From Candidatus Fermentibacteraceae bacterium (GTDB lineage: Bacteria; Fermentibacterota; Fermentibacteria; Fermentibacterales; JCC-6), in NCBI GenBank assembly GCA_041686025.1, contig JAWLEP010000004.1:6156-60509 (forward strand): a DNA stretch of 54,354 bases. The letters are read 5' to 3'. The translations under genes were made by a program, and so were the position numbers. Below, one piece after another: positions 8,005-17,896 of this stretch; positions within the stretch are counted from its first letter, which is position 1, and every line of letters begins with the position of its first letter. Under the pieces are notes generated by a model that searched no databases, had not been told where the DNA came from, and worked only from the letters and a program-made list of their open reading frames with translations.

Positions 8005-8797
8005 CTTTGCCCCTCCATCCCCTTATCGCCTCTTCCAGGGGCCTGAGCATGCGGCCCCGCCGGGAGTCAAGGACCGACCATCTGGGGCGGGGAGCGTCCA
8101 GGTCCAGGTCGGCCCATCGTATCTCGGCTATGCGGCCCCTGCCGCAGAGGGCCCGCAGCATCCGGGCCATCTCCAGCGGGGTTACCGCCCCGCGGTTGGC
8201 CATGTGGACCACTCCGGTCACGCCTTCATCCAGCACCCTCACCAGCCCCCGGGCCAGATCGTCGGCCCAGGTGGCACAGGCCCGCTGGTCCGAGACCGCC
8301 CGCACCAGGCGGCCGGCGCTCAGCCGACGGTGCATGAAGGGCACCAGCCCGCTGGAGCCGCCGAACAGCCACGAGGTCCTGACAACCGTGCCCCCCGCCT
8401 CCAGGACCACTCTCTCCGCGGCCAGCTTGGACCTTCCGTACTCGTTCACCGGGTCGGGGGTCGAGGACTCCACGTAAGCCTCGGGGCCCCTGCCGGGAAA
8501 GACGTGGTCGGAGGAGATGGTCACCACCGGAACGCCCGTCTCCACCAGGTGCGCGGCACCGTCGCGGTTGACCCTCAGCGCCAGGCCGGGTCTGCGCTGG
8601 CAGAGGTCCACGTCGGTGACGGCGGCGCAGTTCACCACCACATCCGGGGCCACGGCGGCCACCACCTTCCGTACCCTGCGGCGGTCGGTCACGTCCAGCT
8701 CGGGAAGGTCCAGCATCACCGCGTCCGCGCCGAGCACCGAGCCCAGTGCCCGGCCCAGCGTACCGTCGGCGCCGGTGACCAGAACCCTGCCGGACAT
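7997..8797 (-). CDS. rfbD: dTDP-4-dehydrorhamnose reductase-like SDR
   Basis: VLVTGADGTLG, NCAAVTDVD, ISSDHVF, YGRSK, APRP; start placed at ATG 8797. Confidence 0.8.
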   Translation of the reverse strand: MSGRVLVTGADGTLGRALGSVLGADAVMLDLPELDVTDRRRVRKVVAAVAPDVVVNCAAVTDVDLCQRRPGLALRVNRDGAAHLVETGVPVVTISSDHVFPGRGPEAYVESSTPDPVNEYGRSKLAAERVVLEAGGTVVRTSWLFGGSSGLVPFMHRRLSAGRLVRAVSDQRACATWADDLARGLVRVLDEGVTGVVHMANRGAVTPLEMARMLRALCGRGRIAEIRWADLDLDAPRPRWSVLDSRRGRMLRPLEEAIRGWRGKDG

Positions 8798-8980
8798 ATG
8801 CACCACCGTTTCCCCGCGAAGAAAGAGCCATCTCAAGCACCTACTATAAGCGATGGGCTCCCGGTCCCGCACCCGCGCGACTGGCGGGCGGCCGTTCGAT
8901 TTTGCAGTGTTGCAGCAGGGGTCACAGGCGGGGCAGGAACCTGCCGCCGCTCCCCGGCATTATCCACCGGGGGAGGGGAG

Positions 8981-9430
8981 ATGCACTCGAAGATCGTCTT
9001 GATGCTGGGACTGGCCGCCGCGGCCCTGTCCTCGGGGATGGAAGAGACGGCCCTGGACAGGCTGCGGCTCACCACCGACAGGCTGATAGCGGTAGGCGAG
9101 GACATGGTGGGCGAACCGATATCCGGCACCATGGGCCCCGGCGATACCGTGGAGGTGGCAGTGGCGCTGGATTCCACCTACTCGTACCACATCTACATCT
9201 GGACCAACTCCATGTTCAACCTGGTGGACTTCTGGGTAAGGGACCCCTGCGGAGAGGTGGCTGAGATGGCGGATGGGGATCACTCCACCCTCAGCATCTA
9301 CCCCGACACCGTCGGCGAGTTCCGCCTGATGATGACGCTGCACCAGGCGGAGGAGGCGGACTCGGCCGGATACGCCGCCGCCCTGTTCCACCGCCCCCGG
9401 ATGTCAATGGCTACTCCAGAAGGAGGCTGA
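8981..9430 (+). CDS. Hypothetical exported protein (149 aa)
   Basis: GGAGGGGAG RBS before ATG 8981, signal peptide and GC3-rich codons; forms the 3' part of track ORF 8204..9430. Confidence 0.7.
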   Translation: MHSKIVLMLGLAAAALSSGMEETALDRLRLTTDRLIAVGEDMVGEPISGTMGPGDTVEVAVALDSTYSYHIYIWTNSMFNLVDFWVRDPCGEVAEMADGDHSTLSIYPDTVGEFRLMMTLHQAEEADSAGYAAALFHRPRMSMATPEGG

Positions 9431-10103
9431 CCAGCTCGCCCGCCGCCTCCTGGGGAAGAAGCACCAGATCGCACCCGCCGGCGCGGGCCTCTGTCAGCAC
9501 CAGGGAGGCGGGGCTTCCCCGCTCACCCACCGGCTGGACCTTTCCCGGGGACAGTCCGTGGGCCCGCAGGGCCATCATGAGCCTGGGAAGGGCCCGGGCG
9601 TCGGAGACGCAGAGCGACCTTCCCCCCGGCCGCAGCAGGTGCGCGGCCGCCCTGGCGAACGCCGGCAGAACAAGGTCTCCCGCCGCCCGTGCCCGCTGCC
9701 TGGAGTCGTCGGGACTGCTCCTCCCCCGGCCGTCAACCCGGTATGGGGGGTTCATGATCACGAGATCGAAAACGCCGGGGGCAAGTGATGCCGGCACCCC
9801 GAAGACGTTGCAGCAGAGGAGCCCGAACCGGACCTCCCCGGCACCGGCCAGGTTCCGGCGGGCCAGCCTCAGCTGTGACGGGTCCAGGTCCACCCCCAGC
9901 CAGAAGCGGCCGGGGCTTCGACGGGCGGCCACGGCCGAAGAGGCGGCGGACCCGCAGCCCAGCTCGCAGACGGCGGCCCCCTCCGGGGGATCGGCCCACA
10001 GCCCCAGAAGGAGGGTGTCGGTGGTCACCTTCCTGCCGGGTGAGTGGACCACCTCCGCGCCGCCGGGCAGGACCGCCCGCCGGGTCCGGAGGGGTCGCGT
10101 CAA
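9411..10103 (-). CDS. TrmN6/YfiC-like N6-adenine SAM methyltransferase
   Basis: TTDTLLL, ELGCGS and MNPPY motifs; start placed at TTG 10103, overlapping the upstream TGA. Confidence 0.7.
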   Translation of the reverse strand: MTRPLRTRRAVLPGGAEVVHSPGRKVTTDTLLLGLWADPPEGAAVCELGCGSAASSAVAARRSPGRFWLGVDLDPSQLRLARRNLAGAGEVRFGLLCCNVFGVPASLAPGVFDLVIMNPPYRVDGRGRSSPDDSRQRARAAGDLVLPAFARAAAHLLRPGGRSLCVSDARALPRLMMALRAHGLSPGKVQPVGERGSPASLVLTEARAGGCDLVLLPQEAAGELVSLLLE

Positions 10104-10714
10104 AGCTCTCCGAAGAGGTAGAAACCCTTGAATACGCCCCAGGTGTTGTCGTCGGGTCCGTGGTCCTCCAGCCGGTTGTCCTCCCACCGGTAGATGGACC
10201 AGAGGCCGGAGGTGCCCGCCGGCTTGCCCAGGTAGAGATAGGCCAGTCCCCGGGCGGGAGGCCGGGAGCTGGACTCGAATGCGATCTCGTACTGCCGGTA
10301 GATCTCGATGGTGTCCTCGTAGTCCCCCGGATCGGGCAGGCCGGGGGGCTCGAAGAAGGTGGCGCTGGCGATGCTCTCCGGCGGCATGGTGGTGTCGCCC
10401 AGGGCCTCTCCTATGATCAGGGATATGGCGTTCTGCTCCTGGATGTAGTCCCAGTTCTGGAAGTTCCAGGCGTACTGGGCGGTGTCCTGGTCATCGGCGA
10501 CGAAGACGAACGAGGTGTCGAAGCAGAGCATGTAGAAGTCGGCGGAGAGGTCCTCCAGGACGTTCTCCAGGTTGACGATCACGGTGGGATAGGTGTAGGG
10601 CTGCTGCCAGCCGGTGGTTGGGTCGGGGTCCTCCGGGTCCCGGGGCTCGAAGATGGAGCACCCCACCGCCAGGGCCAGGGCCGCCAGCGCAGCTATCGGC
10701 TTCCTCGCCGCCAT
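10100..10714 (-). CDS. Hypothetical lipoprotein
   Basis: Lipobox AVGC followed by SIFEPRDPEDP; acidic; RBS GAGGGGG. Confidence 0.75.
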   Translation of the reverse strand: MAARKPIAALAALALAVGCSIFEPRDPEDPDPTTGWQQPYTYPTVIVNLENVLEDLSADFYMLCFDTSFVFVADDQDTAQYAWNFQNWDYIQEQNAISLIIGEALGDTTMPPESIASATFFEPPGLPDPGDYEDTIEIYRQYEIAFESSSRPPARGLAYLYLGKPAGTSGLWSIYRWEDNRLEDHGPDDNTWGVFKGFYLFGEL

Positions 10715-10725
10715 GGTCTGCCCCC

Positions 10726-12531
10726 TCACAGAAGGTAGTTGAAGCTCACGTTGGCCCGCCAGTCGCTCACCCGGTCCTCATCGGTATAGAAGGTGCGGGT
10801 CAGGGACAGCGACAGCCGCCCGCCCTGCAGCCTCAGGTTGGTGCGCAGGCCCACGTGGTGCTGGTGCTCGGAGGTGCGCTCTATGGTTCCTCCGGGGTAG
10901 TCGCGGTAGTTGTACTGCCATCCGTAGCTGGGGGTGACTCCCACCCCCCTGCTGAGATGGAACCCCGTGTTCAGAGTGATCCTGTTCTCCAGGCTCTCCT
11001 CGCTGCGGTAGAAGACACCATCGATGTAGTTGCCCTGGTCCTGGAACCTCAGATGGTGGGATATGCCCAGCACGGTGGAGTCGCTGCCCACAGTCTGCAG
11101 GCTGAAGTCGGAGTTCAGCCGCCGGAACAGGATGTCGTTCCCGGAGAAGGCGGGGAACATGTAGGTGGTGTAGTCGGCGGTGAGCTTCACGTCGTGGTCT
11201 ATCTCCCACCCGGAGCCCAGGCCCGCGGTGTAACCGGGCTCGAAGCTGTAGATGGAGGAGGTGTAGCTGTTGGCCGACTGCTCGGCCTTGAGGAAGACCA
11301 TCTCGCTCTGCTGGCCCTGTATGGTGGACCTCAGCTCCAGGCCCTCGCTCAGCTTCACCTCCGAGTAGAGGGAGATCACCTCCGTGAGGTCGTCCTTGTC
11401 GCTGTTGTCCTGGAACTCGGTGCCCAGGTTGCTGTACCACTTTCCGAAGGTGTCCCAGCTGTAGAGGTCCACGTTCCGCTGGAACTCTATCCTGGCATCC
11501 CCCGGCGTGTAGGTCAGAACGAACCTGACCCTCCGCCTCTCCGACTCGTTCCAGATGTCGTACAGCTGCTCGGTGCCGGGGCCCTGCCGCAGCCGGTCGT
11601 CGCGGCCGATGTTCCGGCTGATGTTGGCGGTGAGGTCCAGCTCCTCGCTGGCCTCCCACCGCAGCGAGGCGCTTACCGCCCGGTCCCAGCCCTCGCGGTC
11701 GTTCACGCTCTGGCTGTCCGGGTGCCCCTCCACATCCAGCAGCCGGTAGTCGTTGCGCCAGGTGGTCCCCAGGTCCAGCGAGAGGGAGGGCAGGAGGGCG
11801 GGAAGGGTGAGGGAGGCGGAGTAGCTGTAATCCCCGGCCTCATCGGTGGCGGAGGAGTCCTGCCAGTCCACGAAGTTGCTGTTGCCGCCCACGCTGAATG
11901 CCATGGTGGCGCCCCTGAAGGCCCGGGGAAGGTCGTAGTTCAGCCTGGCGTTGATTCTGTCGGTTCCGTTGTCCCTCTCCGAGCCCAGCGAGCGGCTGTT
12001 GCTGTAGCTCAGGTTGGTGCTGACGAGGTCGAAGAGCCTGCGGGTGACGGACACCGAGCCGTTGCGGAGGGCGCCCTCGTTCACCGTCCTCCTGCCGGTG
12101 TCGGACTCCCAGGTCTCGTGGCGGTAGCTGCCCAGCTCCATGGTCATGCTCACCCAGGAGCCGGGGGAGTAGCGGATCTGACCGGAGGCCGACCCCGCCT
12201 CCTCGTCCCTGGTGGTCTCCCCGTAGCGCTGGTTCTTCATCGTGGACTGCTCCAGCATGGTGCTCAGCTCCAGGCCTCGGATGGGCGTATATCCTATGCT
12301 GGCATCGCCGCTTCTGCCGTCGTCGAACTTCTCCAGGTCGTCGTTGCGCTGAGCGTTGAAGCCCGCAGTGGCGGTGAACCGCAGCTTCCGCGATATGGTC
12401 TGGGTGAAGCTGAAGGAGTTGTCCAGGCGGCTCTGCTGCTTGAACTGGCTGTAGTTGTTGTTGTAGCTGACGTCCACGGCCAGGGCCGCCGATGACAGCA
12501 GAAGCAGAAGCGGAAGGCTGCGGCGGATCAT
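10726..12531 (-). CDS. Hypothetical outer-membrane beta-barrel protein (~600 aa)
   Basis: Signal peptide at ATG 12531 (ATGA overlap with rsmA stop); many alternating-polarity strands; ends VSFNYLL. Confidence 0.7.
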   Translation of the reverse strand: MIRRSLPLLLLLSSAALAVDVSYNNNYSQFKQQSRLDNSFSFTQTISRKLRFTATAGFNAQRNDDLEKFDDGRSGDASIGYTPIRGLELSTMLEQSTMKNQRYGETTRDEEAGSASGQIRYSPGSWVSMTMELGSYRHETWESDTGRRTVNEGALRNGSVSVTRRLFDLVSTNLSYSNSRSLGSERDNGTDRINARLNYDLPRAFRGATMAFSVGGNSNFVDWQDSSATDEAGDYSYSASLTLPALLPSLSLDLGTTWRNDYRLLDVEGHPDSQSVNDREGWDRAVSASLRWEASEELDLTANISRNIGRDDRLRQGPGTEQLYDIWNESERRRVRFVLTYTPGDARIEFQRNVDLYSWDTFGKWYSNLGTEFQDNSDKDDLTEVISLYSEVKLSEGLELRSTIQGQQSEMVFLKAEQSANSYTSSIYSFEPGYTAGLGSGWEIDHDVKLTADYTTYMFPAFSGNDILFRRLNSDFSLQTVGSDSTVLGISHHLRFQDQGNYIDGVFYRSEESLENRITLNTGFHLSRGVGVTPSYGWQYNYRDYPGGTIERTSEHQHHVGLRTNLRLQGGRLSLSLTRTFYTDEDRVSDWRANVSFNYLL

Positions 12532-13343
12532 GGCTCCAGCCTTCCGGCGATCCCGGCGAGGACCTCCGGGGCCAGCTCCTCCGCCCGGGCCCTGCGCGAG
12601 ATGCCCGCCTCCGAAAGCAGTGCCGCGGCCGCGCCTCTGTCCATGACCGCAGAGAGGTTGTTCAGCAGGGTCTTGCGGCGGGAGGAGAAGCCCACCCTTA
12701 CCAGCCACGAGAACCTGTCCATCGTCTCGGGAGGCACCTTCGGAACGTCCCTTCGCCTGAGAATGAGCACGCGGGATCGAACAGCGGGCTGAGGATAAAA
12801 GTCGCGGGGCTCCGCGTCCAGGAGGGTCTCTGCCTCGAACCTCGGCCAGAGGGCCAGGGTCAGCCTTCCGTAGTCGCCGCACCCGGGTTCGGCGGTGACC
12901 CTCTGCGCCACCTCCCGCTGCAGCATCACCACCGCCCTGCGCACCGCGGAGAGGCAGGGCTGGGTAAGCCTCAGCAGGGCGGGGCTGGAGATGGAGTAGG
13001 GGAGGTTCGACGCCAGCACGTCGAAGGGGTACCCGGGAAGCCCGGCGGGGTCGGTCTGCAGGAAGTCGCCGGTGACAATGCTCACGTCGGCCAGGTCCTC
13101 CCGGCCGCGGAGGTAGTCGGCAAGCACGGGGGCGACCTCCACGCAGCACAGGCTCTCCGCCCCGGCGGCCAGCTCCGTGGTCAGGGCCCCCAGCCCGGGG
13201 CCCACCTCCAGGACGCTTCCGGAGCCCGCCTCCTCGGCCATTCTCCGGGCTACCCCGCCCCGCAGCAGGAAGCTCTGCCCGTAGCGGCGGCTGGGCCGCA
13301 GTTCCAGGTCCCGCAGCGTTCGCCTCACATCCGACGCCCTCAT
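12528..13343 (-). CDS. rsmA: 16S rRNA m6,2A dimethyltransferase
   Basis: YGQSFL, LEVGPGLGALT, SNLPYSIS, MLQREVA, FYPQPAV, RRKTLLN; ATG 13343. Confidence 0.9.
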   Translation of the reverse strand: MRASDVRRTLRDLELRPSRRYGQSFLLRGGVARRMAEEAGSGSVLEVGPGLGALTTELAAGAESLCCVEVAPVLADYLRGREDLADVSIVTGDFLQTDPAGLPGYPFDVLASNLPYSISSPALLRLTQPCLSAVRRAVVMLQREVAQRVTAEPGCGDYGRLTLALWPRFEAETLLDAEPRDFYPQPAVRSRVLILRRRDVPKVPPETMDRFSWLVRVGFSSRRKTLLNNLSAVMDRGAAAALLSEAGISRRARAEELAPEVLAGIAGRLEP

Positions 13344-14719
13344 GAGCCTCCCCTCTGGTGGAAGGGAAACCCCAGCCTCTCCGCCAGAGCGGCGCAGGCG
13401 GCCATGTCGGCCCCGGACCCGGCCACCGCGGTGAGCCGCACCTCGGCAGCGGACTCCCGGGCCAGTTCCAGGAAGGACATCAGGTGCTCCCAGGCCCGGG
13501 GGTCGCCGGGCCGGCATATCCTGCGGTAGGTCTCGGGGTCGGCAGCGTTGAGGCTCACGCTCAGGGAGTCGAAGGCCGATACAATCCGCGCCACCTCCTC
13601 CCGCGGCATCCTGCCGGGGGAGAGGCCGTTGGTGTTCAGCCGCGCCCTGCCGCCGCGGCTGCGCACCGACCCCGCCAGCCGGCGGACCAGCTCCGGGCGC
13701 ATTGTGGGCTCTCCGTAGCCGCAGAAGACCACCTCCCCGAACCAGGCTGGGTCCAGCAGCTCCACCGCCTTCTCCAGCCGCTCCTCCTCGAACTCGCCCC
13801 TGTGCCGCAGGTAGTAGCCCCCCAGACCCGGGGTCCGCCTGCGTACGCAGAAGGTGCAGTCGTTGTCGCAGCGGCCGGTGACGTTCACGTAGATGCTGTC
13901 GCCCAGAATGTACAGGGGGTCGGTCCTGGCGTACCTCTCCAGGCCCAGCAGCCGCAGGGAGCTGTTCCAGAGCGTCTCCGTGGCCTTCGCCTCCGGCATT
14001 CCCATGGCCTCCGCCGCAACCCGGGCGGTGTGCACCGCCAGGGCCGGCTCGTTGCGCCCGCCGCGGTGAGGCTCGGGGGCCAGGAACGGGGCGTCGGTCT
14101 CCACCACCAGGCGCTCCGGAGGCAGCCTGCCGGCCAGCTCCCTCAGCCTGCGGTTGGACTTGAAGGTGAGGGGGCCGGCGAAACCGGTCCAGTATCCCCG
14201 CCCGGCGGCCTCCAGGGCCACCCGGTCGGGGCCCGTGTAGCAGTGCATCACCACCGGAAAGGGGGGCGACTCGGGCAGCACCTCCAGGCATTCCGCTTCG
14301 GCTGCGCGGGAGTGCACCACCAGCGGCAGGTTCAGCGCATGGGCCATCTCGGCGTGGGCGCGAAGCCAGCGGGCCTGCGCCTCCAGGGGCACCCTGCGGT
14401 GGTGGAGGTCCAGGCCGGTCTCCCCCACAGCGATGACCTCCGGCTCCAGGAGCATCCTGTAGATCTTCCCAAGCTCTGCTTCGGGGTCCAGCCCGGCGGT
14501 ATCGTTGGGATGGATGCCGGCGGCGGCGTATACGGGGCCGAACCTGCGGGCCAGGTCCAGGCAGACCCCGCTGTCCTCCACCGTGGTGCCCAGGCTGAGC
14601 ATTCGGGCCACTCCGGCCCCCCGGGCGCGCCGGACCACCTCTTCGGCCCGCTCGCAGAGCCCCCGGCAGGACAGGTGGCAGTGGGTGTCGAAGACGCGGA
14701 GAGAAGGGGCATCGCTCAA
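13340..14719 (-). CDS. tatD: TatD-family nuclease fused to TatD-associated radical SAM domain
   Basis: DTHCH, GETGLD, HSR, ETDAPFL, then YVNVTGRCDNDCTFC (CxxxCxxC) and VFCGYGEP. Confidence 0.88.
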   Translation of the reverse strand: MSDAPSLRVFDTHCHLSCRGLCERAEEVVRRARGAGVARMLSLGTTVEDSGVCLDLARRFGPVYAAAGIHPNDTAGLDPEAELGKIYRMLLEPEVIAVGETGLDLHHRRVPLEAQARWLRAHAEMAHALNLPLVVHSRAAEAECLEVLPESPPFPVVMHCYTGPDRVALEAAGRGYWTGFAGPLTFKSNRRLRELAGRLPPERLVVETDAPFLAPEPHRGGRNEPALAVHTARVAAEAMGMPEAKATETLWNSSLRLLGLERYARTDPLYILGDSIYVNVTGRCDNDCTFCVRRRTPGLGGYYLRHRGEFEEERLEKAVELLDPAWFGEVVFCGYGEPTMRPELVRRLAGSVRSRGGRARLNTNGLSPGRMPREEVARIVSAFDSLSVSLNAADPETYRRICRPGDPRAWEHLMSFLELARESAAEVRLTAVAGSGADMAACAALAERLGFPFHQRGGS

Positions 14720-14720
14720 A

Positions 14721-16001
14721 TCAGCCGATATCCCTCCAGATCATGTGCTCGCGGCCGGGGCCGGTGGATACGGCCCTCACCGGCACGCCCACCAGCTTCT
14801 CCACGTACTCCACGTACACCCTGGCCTCCTCCGGAAGCCTGTCCCAGTCGGTCTCCCCGGAGATGTCCTCGCTCCATCCGGGCAGCGTCTCGTAGACGGG
14901 GGTGTGCCTCCCCAGCCGGCGGCCGGTCTCGAATATGGGGGCGTCCACCTCCGGGTCCAGCTCGTACCTCCTGCAGACCTGAAGGCTGTCGAAGCCGGAG
15001 AGGACGTCCAGCAGGGTCAGGGCGATCCAGCTGCAGCCGTTGATCCGGGCCGTGTACCGCAGCAGCACTCCGTCCAGCCAGCCGCACCGCCGCGGGCGGC
15101 CGGTGGTGGCCCCGTACTCGTTGCCCCGCTCCCTGATGAGGTCTCCGACCTCCCCCTCCTGCTCGGAGGGGAAGGGGCCGGCCCCCACCCGGGTGGAGTA
15201 GGCCTTGGCCACCCCCACCACCTCGTCCACGCGGCCCGGTCCCACGCCCAGGCTGACGCAGGCGGCGCCGGAGACGCAGGACCCGCAGGTCACGTAGGGG
15301 TAGGTGCCGTGGTCGGGGTCCAGCATGCTGCCCTGGGCCCCTTCGGCGAAGAGGACGCCGTCGCGGTCCAGTATGCCGTTGGCCGCCAGGGACACGTCCC
15401 CGGCCAGGCTCACCAGCTCGCCGGAGAGGGATACGAACTCCTCTGTCTCCTCGCTCAGACGGGACCGGTCAGTCTCGGAGAGGTCCAGCTCCTCCGCCGT
15501 CCGGCGGGAGGTCTCCGCCGCCATCCCGGCGAAGTCGGGGGCGCAGGCGGCGTCCTCCAGCCTCAGTCCCCTGCGGCCGAACTTGGCCCCGTACGTGGGG
15601 CCGATGGCCCGTCCGGTGGTGCCGATGGCCCCCCCGCCCCGGGAGGCCTCCTCGCTTCGCTCCAGAAGCCGGTAGGCGGGATGGACAAGGTGGACCTTGC
15701 CGGAGATGCGCAGCCGCTCACCCACGGCCATGCCCGTCTCCGCCAGCTCCGCCAGCTCCCGCATGAGGGCCACCGGGTCCACCACGCAGGAAGACCCTAT
15801 CATCCCCGCCACGCCCTCCCGGAGAAGGCCGGTGGGGAGCTGGTGCAGAACGAAGCTCCTTCCGTCGATCCTCACGGTGTGACCGGCGTTGGCCCCGCCC
15901 GAGAACCGGGCCACGGCGTCGGCGTCGGCGGCAAGGACGTCGATCATCTTGCCCTTGCCCTCGTCCCCCCACTGGAGGCCGGTAAGAATGGTAAATGGCA
16001 T
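14721..16001 (-). CDS. purA: Adenylosuccinate synthetase
   Basis: GLQWGDEGKGK, GGANAGHT, EGAQG, HGTYPYVT, EYGATTGRPRRCGW; ATG 16001. Confidence 0.95.
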   Translation of the reverse strand: MPFTILTGLQWGDEGKGKMIDVLAADADAVARFSGGANAGHTVRIDGRSFVLHQLPTGLLREGVAGMIGSSCVVDPVALMRELAELAETGMAVGERLRISGKVHLVHPAYRLLERSEEASRGGGAIGTTGRAIGPTYGAKFGRRGLRLEDAACAPDFAGMAAETSRRTAEELDLSETDRSRLSEETEEFVSLSGELVSLAGDVSLAANGILDRDGVLFAEGAQGSMLDPDHGTYPYVTCGSCVSGAACVSLGVGPGRVDEVVGVAKAYSTRVGAGPFPSEQEGEVGDLIRERGNEYGATTGRPRRCGWLDGVLLRYTARINGCSWIALTLLDVLSGFDSLQVCRRYELDPEVDAPIFETGRRLGRHTPVYETLPGWSEDISGETDWDRLPEEARVYVEYVEKLVGVPVRAVSTGPGREHMIWRDIG

Positions 16002-16024
16002 CGGTTCCCCTCCCGCGGCCGCCC

Positions 16025-16618
16025 TCAGCGGGCGGCGCTGCGAATCCAGTCCAGAAGCTGTCCCAGTCCCGCTCCGGTCTTTGCCGAGACCGCCTCCACA
16101 GGCCCCATCCGGCCGGCTTCGGCGCACGCCCTCTTCAGCTTGCCCCTCTTCAGCTTGTCCGACTTGGTCAGGGCCACCAGGTAGGGCCTTCCTATCTCCA
16201 TCAGCAGCCCGGCCATCTCCCTGTCGGGGCCCAGGCCCGGATGCCGGGCGTCCACCAGCAGGACCACGCCCCGCAGCGCCTCCCGGTCCAGCAGGTAGTC
16301 GCCTATCCAGCCCACCCACCTGCTCCTGACCTTCTCCGGAGCCCTGGCGTAGCCGTAGCCGGGAAGGTCCACCAGGTAGAAGCTGCCATCGTTTACCCTA
16401 TAGAGGTTCAGCGACTGCGTACAGCCGGGGGTGGATCCCGTCCTCGCCGGCCTGCCCGAGGCGGATATGGCGTTCAGAAGGGAGGACTTCCCCACGTTGG
16501 ACCGCCCCGCAAAGGCCACCTCCGGCCTTCCGTGGTCGGGGACGTCGTGGGGCCCCTGGCAGGACATGACGAAGTCCAGCCTCAGCTTCTTCATTGCGGT
16601 TTCGGGGTCCGGCGGCAC
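16025..16618 (-). CDS. engB: Ribosome biogenesis GTPase YihA/YsxC
   Basis: GRSNVGKSS, DLPGYGYA, TKSD; alternative start ATG 16594. Confidence 0.9.
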   Translation of the reverse strand: MPPDPETAMKKLRLDFVMSCQGPHDVPDHGRPEVAFAGRSNVGKSSLLNAISASGRPARTGSTPGCTQSLNLYRVNDGSFYLVDLPGYGYARAPEKVRSRWVGWIGDYLLDREALRGVVLLVDARHPGLGPDREMAGLLMEIGRPYLVALTKSDKLKRGKLKRACAEAGRMGPVEAVSAKTGAGLGQLLDWIRSAAR

Positions 16619-16642
16619 GAGGTGCCGGAGGCGCGGCGACGC

Positions 16643-17896
16643 CTATCCGACCCCCTCCTCCACCTCCTCGTCGGGAACGTAGCGGACCTTGGCCTCACCC
16701 TCCACGCATTCCGGGGACACCACGAGGCTTCCCGGCTCGAGCTTGCGTGAGGGAAGGCTGTACATGGGCTCCAGCAGCACCCGCTCCAGTATGGACCGCA
16801 GGCCGCGGGCGCCGCTCTTGGACTTCCTGGCCTCCCGGCCCACCGCCTCCAGGGCGCCGGGCTCGAACACCAGGTCCAGGCCCTCCAGGCGGAAGAAGTA
16901 CTCGAACTGCCTCACCAGGGCGTTCTTCGGCTCGGTGAGGACCTTCACCAGGTCCCCCTCGTCCAGGTCGTCCAGGGAGACTATCACCGGAAGCCTGCCC
17001 ACCAGCTCGGGGATCAGGCCGTAGTGCACCAGGTCCTGGGGCCGGCAGTGGCGGAAGACGCTGGCGGAGTCGGGCTCCACCCGGTCGTTGATGGCGGCGG
17101 CGAAGCCCAGGTCGCCCCTGTTCAGCCTGCGCTCGATGATGCCCTCGAGGCCGTGGAAAGCGCCCCCGCAGATGAAGAGGATGTTGGAGGTGTCCACCTG
17201 TATGTTCTCCTGGTAGGGGTGCTTCCTGCCCCCCTGGGGCGGGACGCTGGCGTTGGTGCCCTCGATTATCTTCAGCAGCGCCTGCTGCACGCCCTCCCCG
17301 GAGACGTCCCTGGTGATGGACGGGTTCTCGGACTTCCGGGCGATCTTGTCGAGCTCGTCTATGTAGATGATGCCCTTCTGGGCGGTCTCCACGTCCATGT
17401 CGGTGACCTGAAGCAGCCTCAGGAGGATGTTCTCCACGTCCTCGCCCACGTAACCGGCCTCGGTGAGGGTGGTGGCGTCGGCTATGGCGAAGGGGACCTC
17501 CAGTATCTCGGCCATGGTCCGGGCCAGCAGGGTCTTTCCCACTCCCGTGGGCCCCACCAGAAGTATGTTGCTCTTCTCCAGCTCCACGTCCCGGTCGGGC
17601 TCGGTCTCCGACCGCAGCCTCTTGTAGTGGTTGTACACGGCCACGGAGAGCACCCGCTTGGCCTGCTCCTGGCCCACCACGTAGTCATCCAGCTTCCGCT
17701 TTATCTCCACCGGCGGAAGCAGCTTGCTGCGGAAGAACTTCGACGCCTCGCCCTGCTCCTCCAGCTCCTCCTCGCGGATCAGGTCGAAGCAGTAGCGGAC
17801 GCAGTCGTCGCAGATGCTGACTCCGGGTCCCTGTATCAGGCGGCCCACCTCGCTGGCCGGCCGGTTGCAGAAGGAGCACTTGGTGACCTTGGTCAT
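16643..17896 (-). CDS. clpX: Clp protease ATP-binding subunit ClpX
   Basis: N-terminal C4 zinc finger, [24 protein letters not shown]. Confidence 0.97.
   Translation of the reverse strand: MTKVTKCSFCNRPASEVGRLIQGPGVSICDDCVRYCFDLIREEELEEQGEASKFFRSKLLPPVEIKRKLDDYVVGQEQAKRVLSVAVYNHYKRLRSETEPDRDVELEKSNILLVGPTGVGKTLLARTMAEILEVPFAIADATTLTEAGYVGEDVENILLRLLQVTDMDVETAQKGIIYIDELDKIARKSENPSITRDVSGEGVQQALLKIIEGTNASVPPQGGRKHPYQENIQVDTSNILFICGGAFHGLEGIIERRLNRGDLGFAAAINDRVEPDSASVFRHCRPQDLVHYGLIPELVGRLPVIVSLDDLDEGDLVKVLTEPKNALVRQFEYFFRLEGLDLVFEPGALEAVGREARKSKSGARGLRSILERVLLEPMYSLPSRKLEPGSLVVSPECVEGEAKVRYVPDEEVEEGVG

Noticed and set aside
8204-8980. 5' part of the 408-aa plus-strand ORF
   Set aside because: Antisense to rfbD; the real gene begins at ATG 8981 with a strong RBS and signal peptide.
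12528-14291. 587-aa ORF suggesting an N-terminally extended RsmA; similar extensions on purA, rplD, rplX, rplV, ridA and the 807-aa barrel ORF
   Set aside because: The extensions are off-frame overlaps of the upstream real genes; internal starts with RBS or ATGA coupling fit family lengths.
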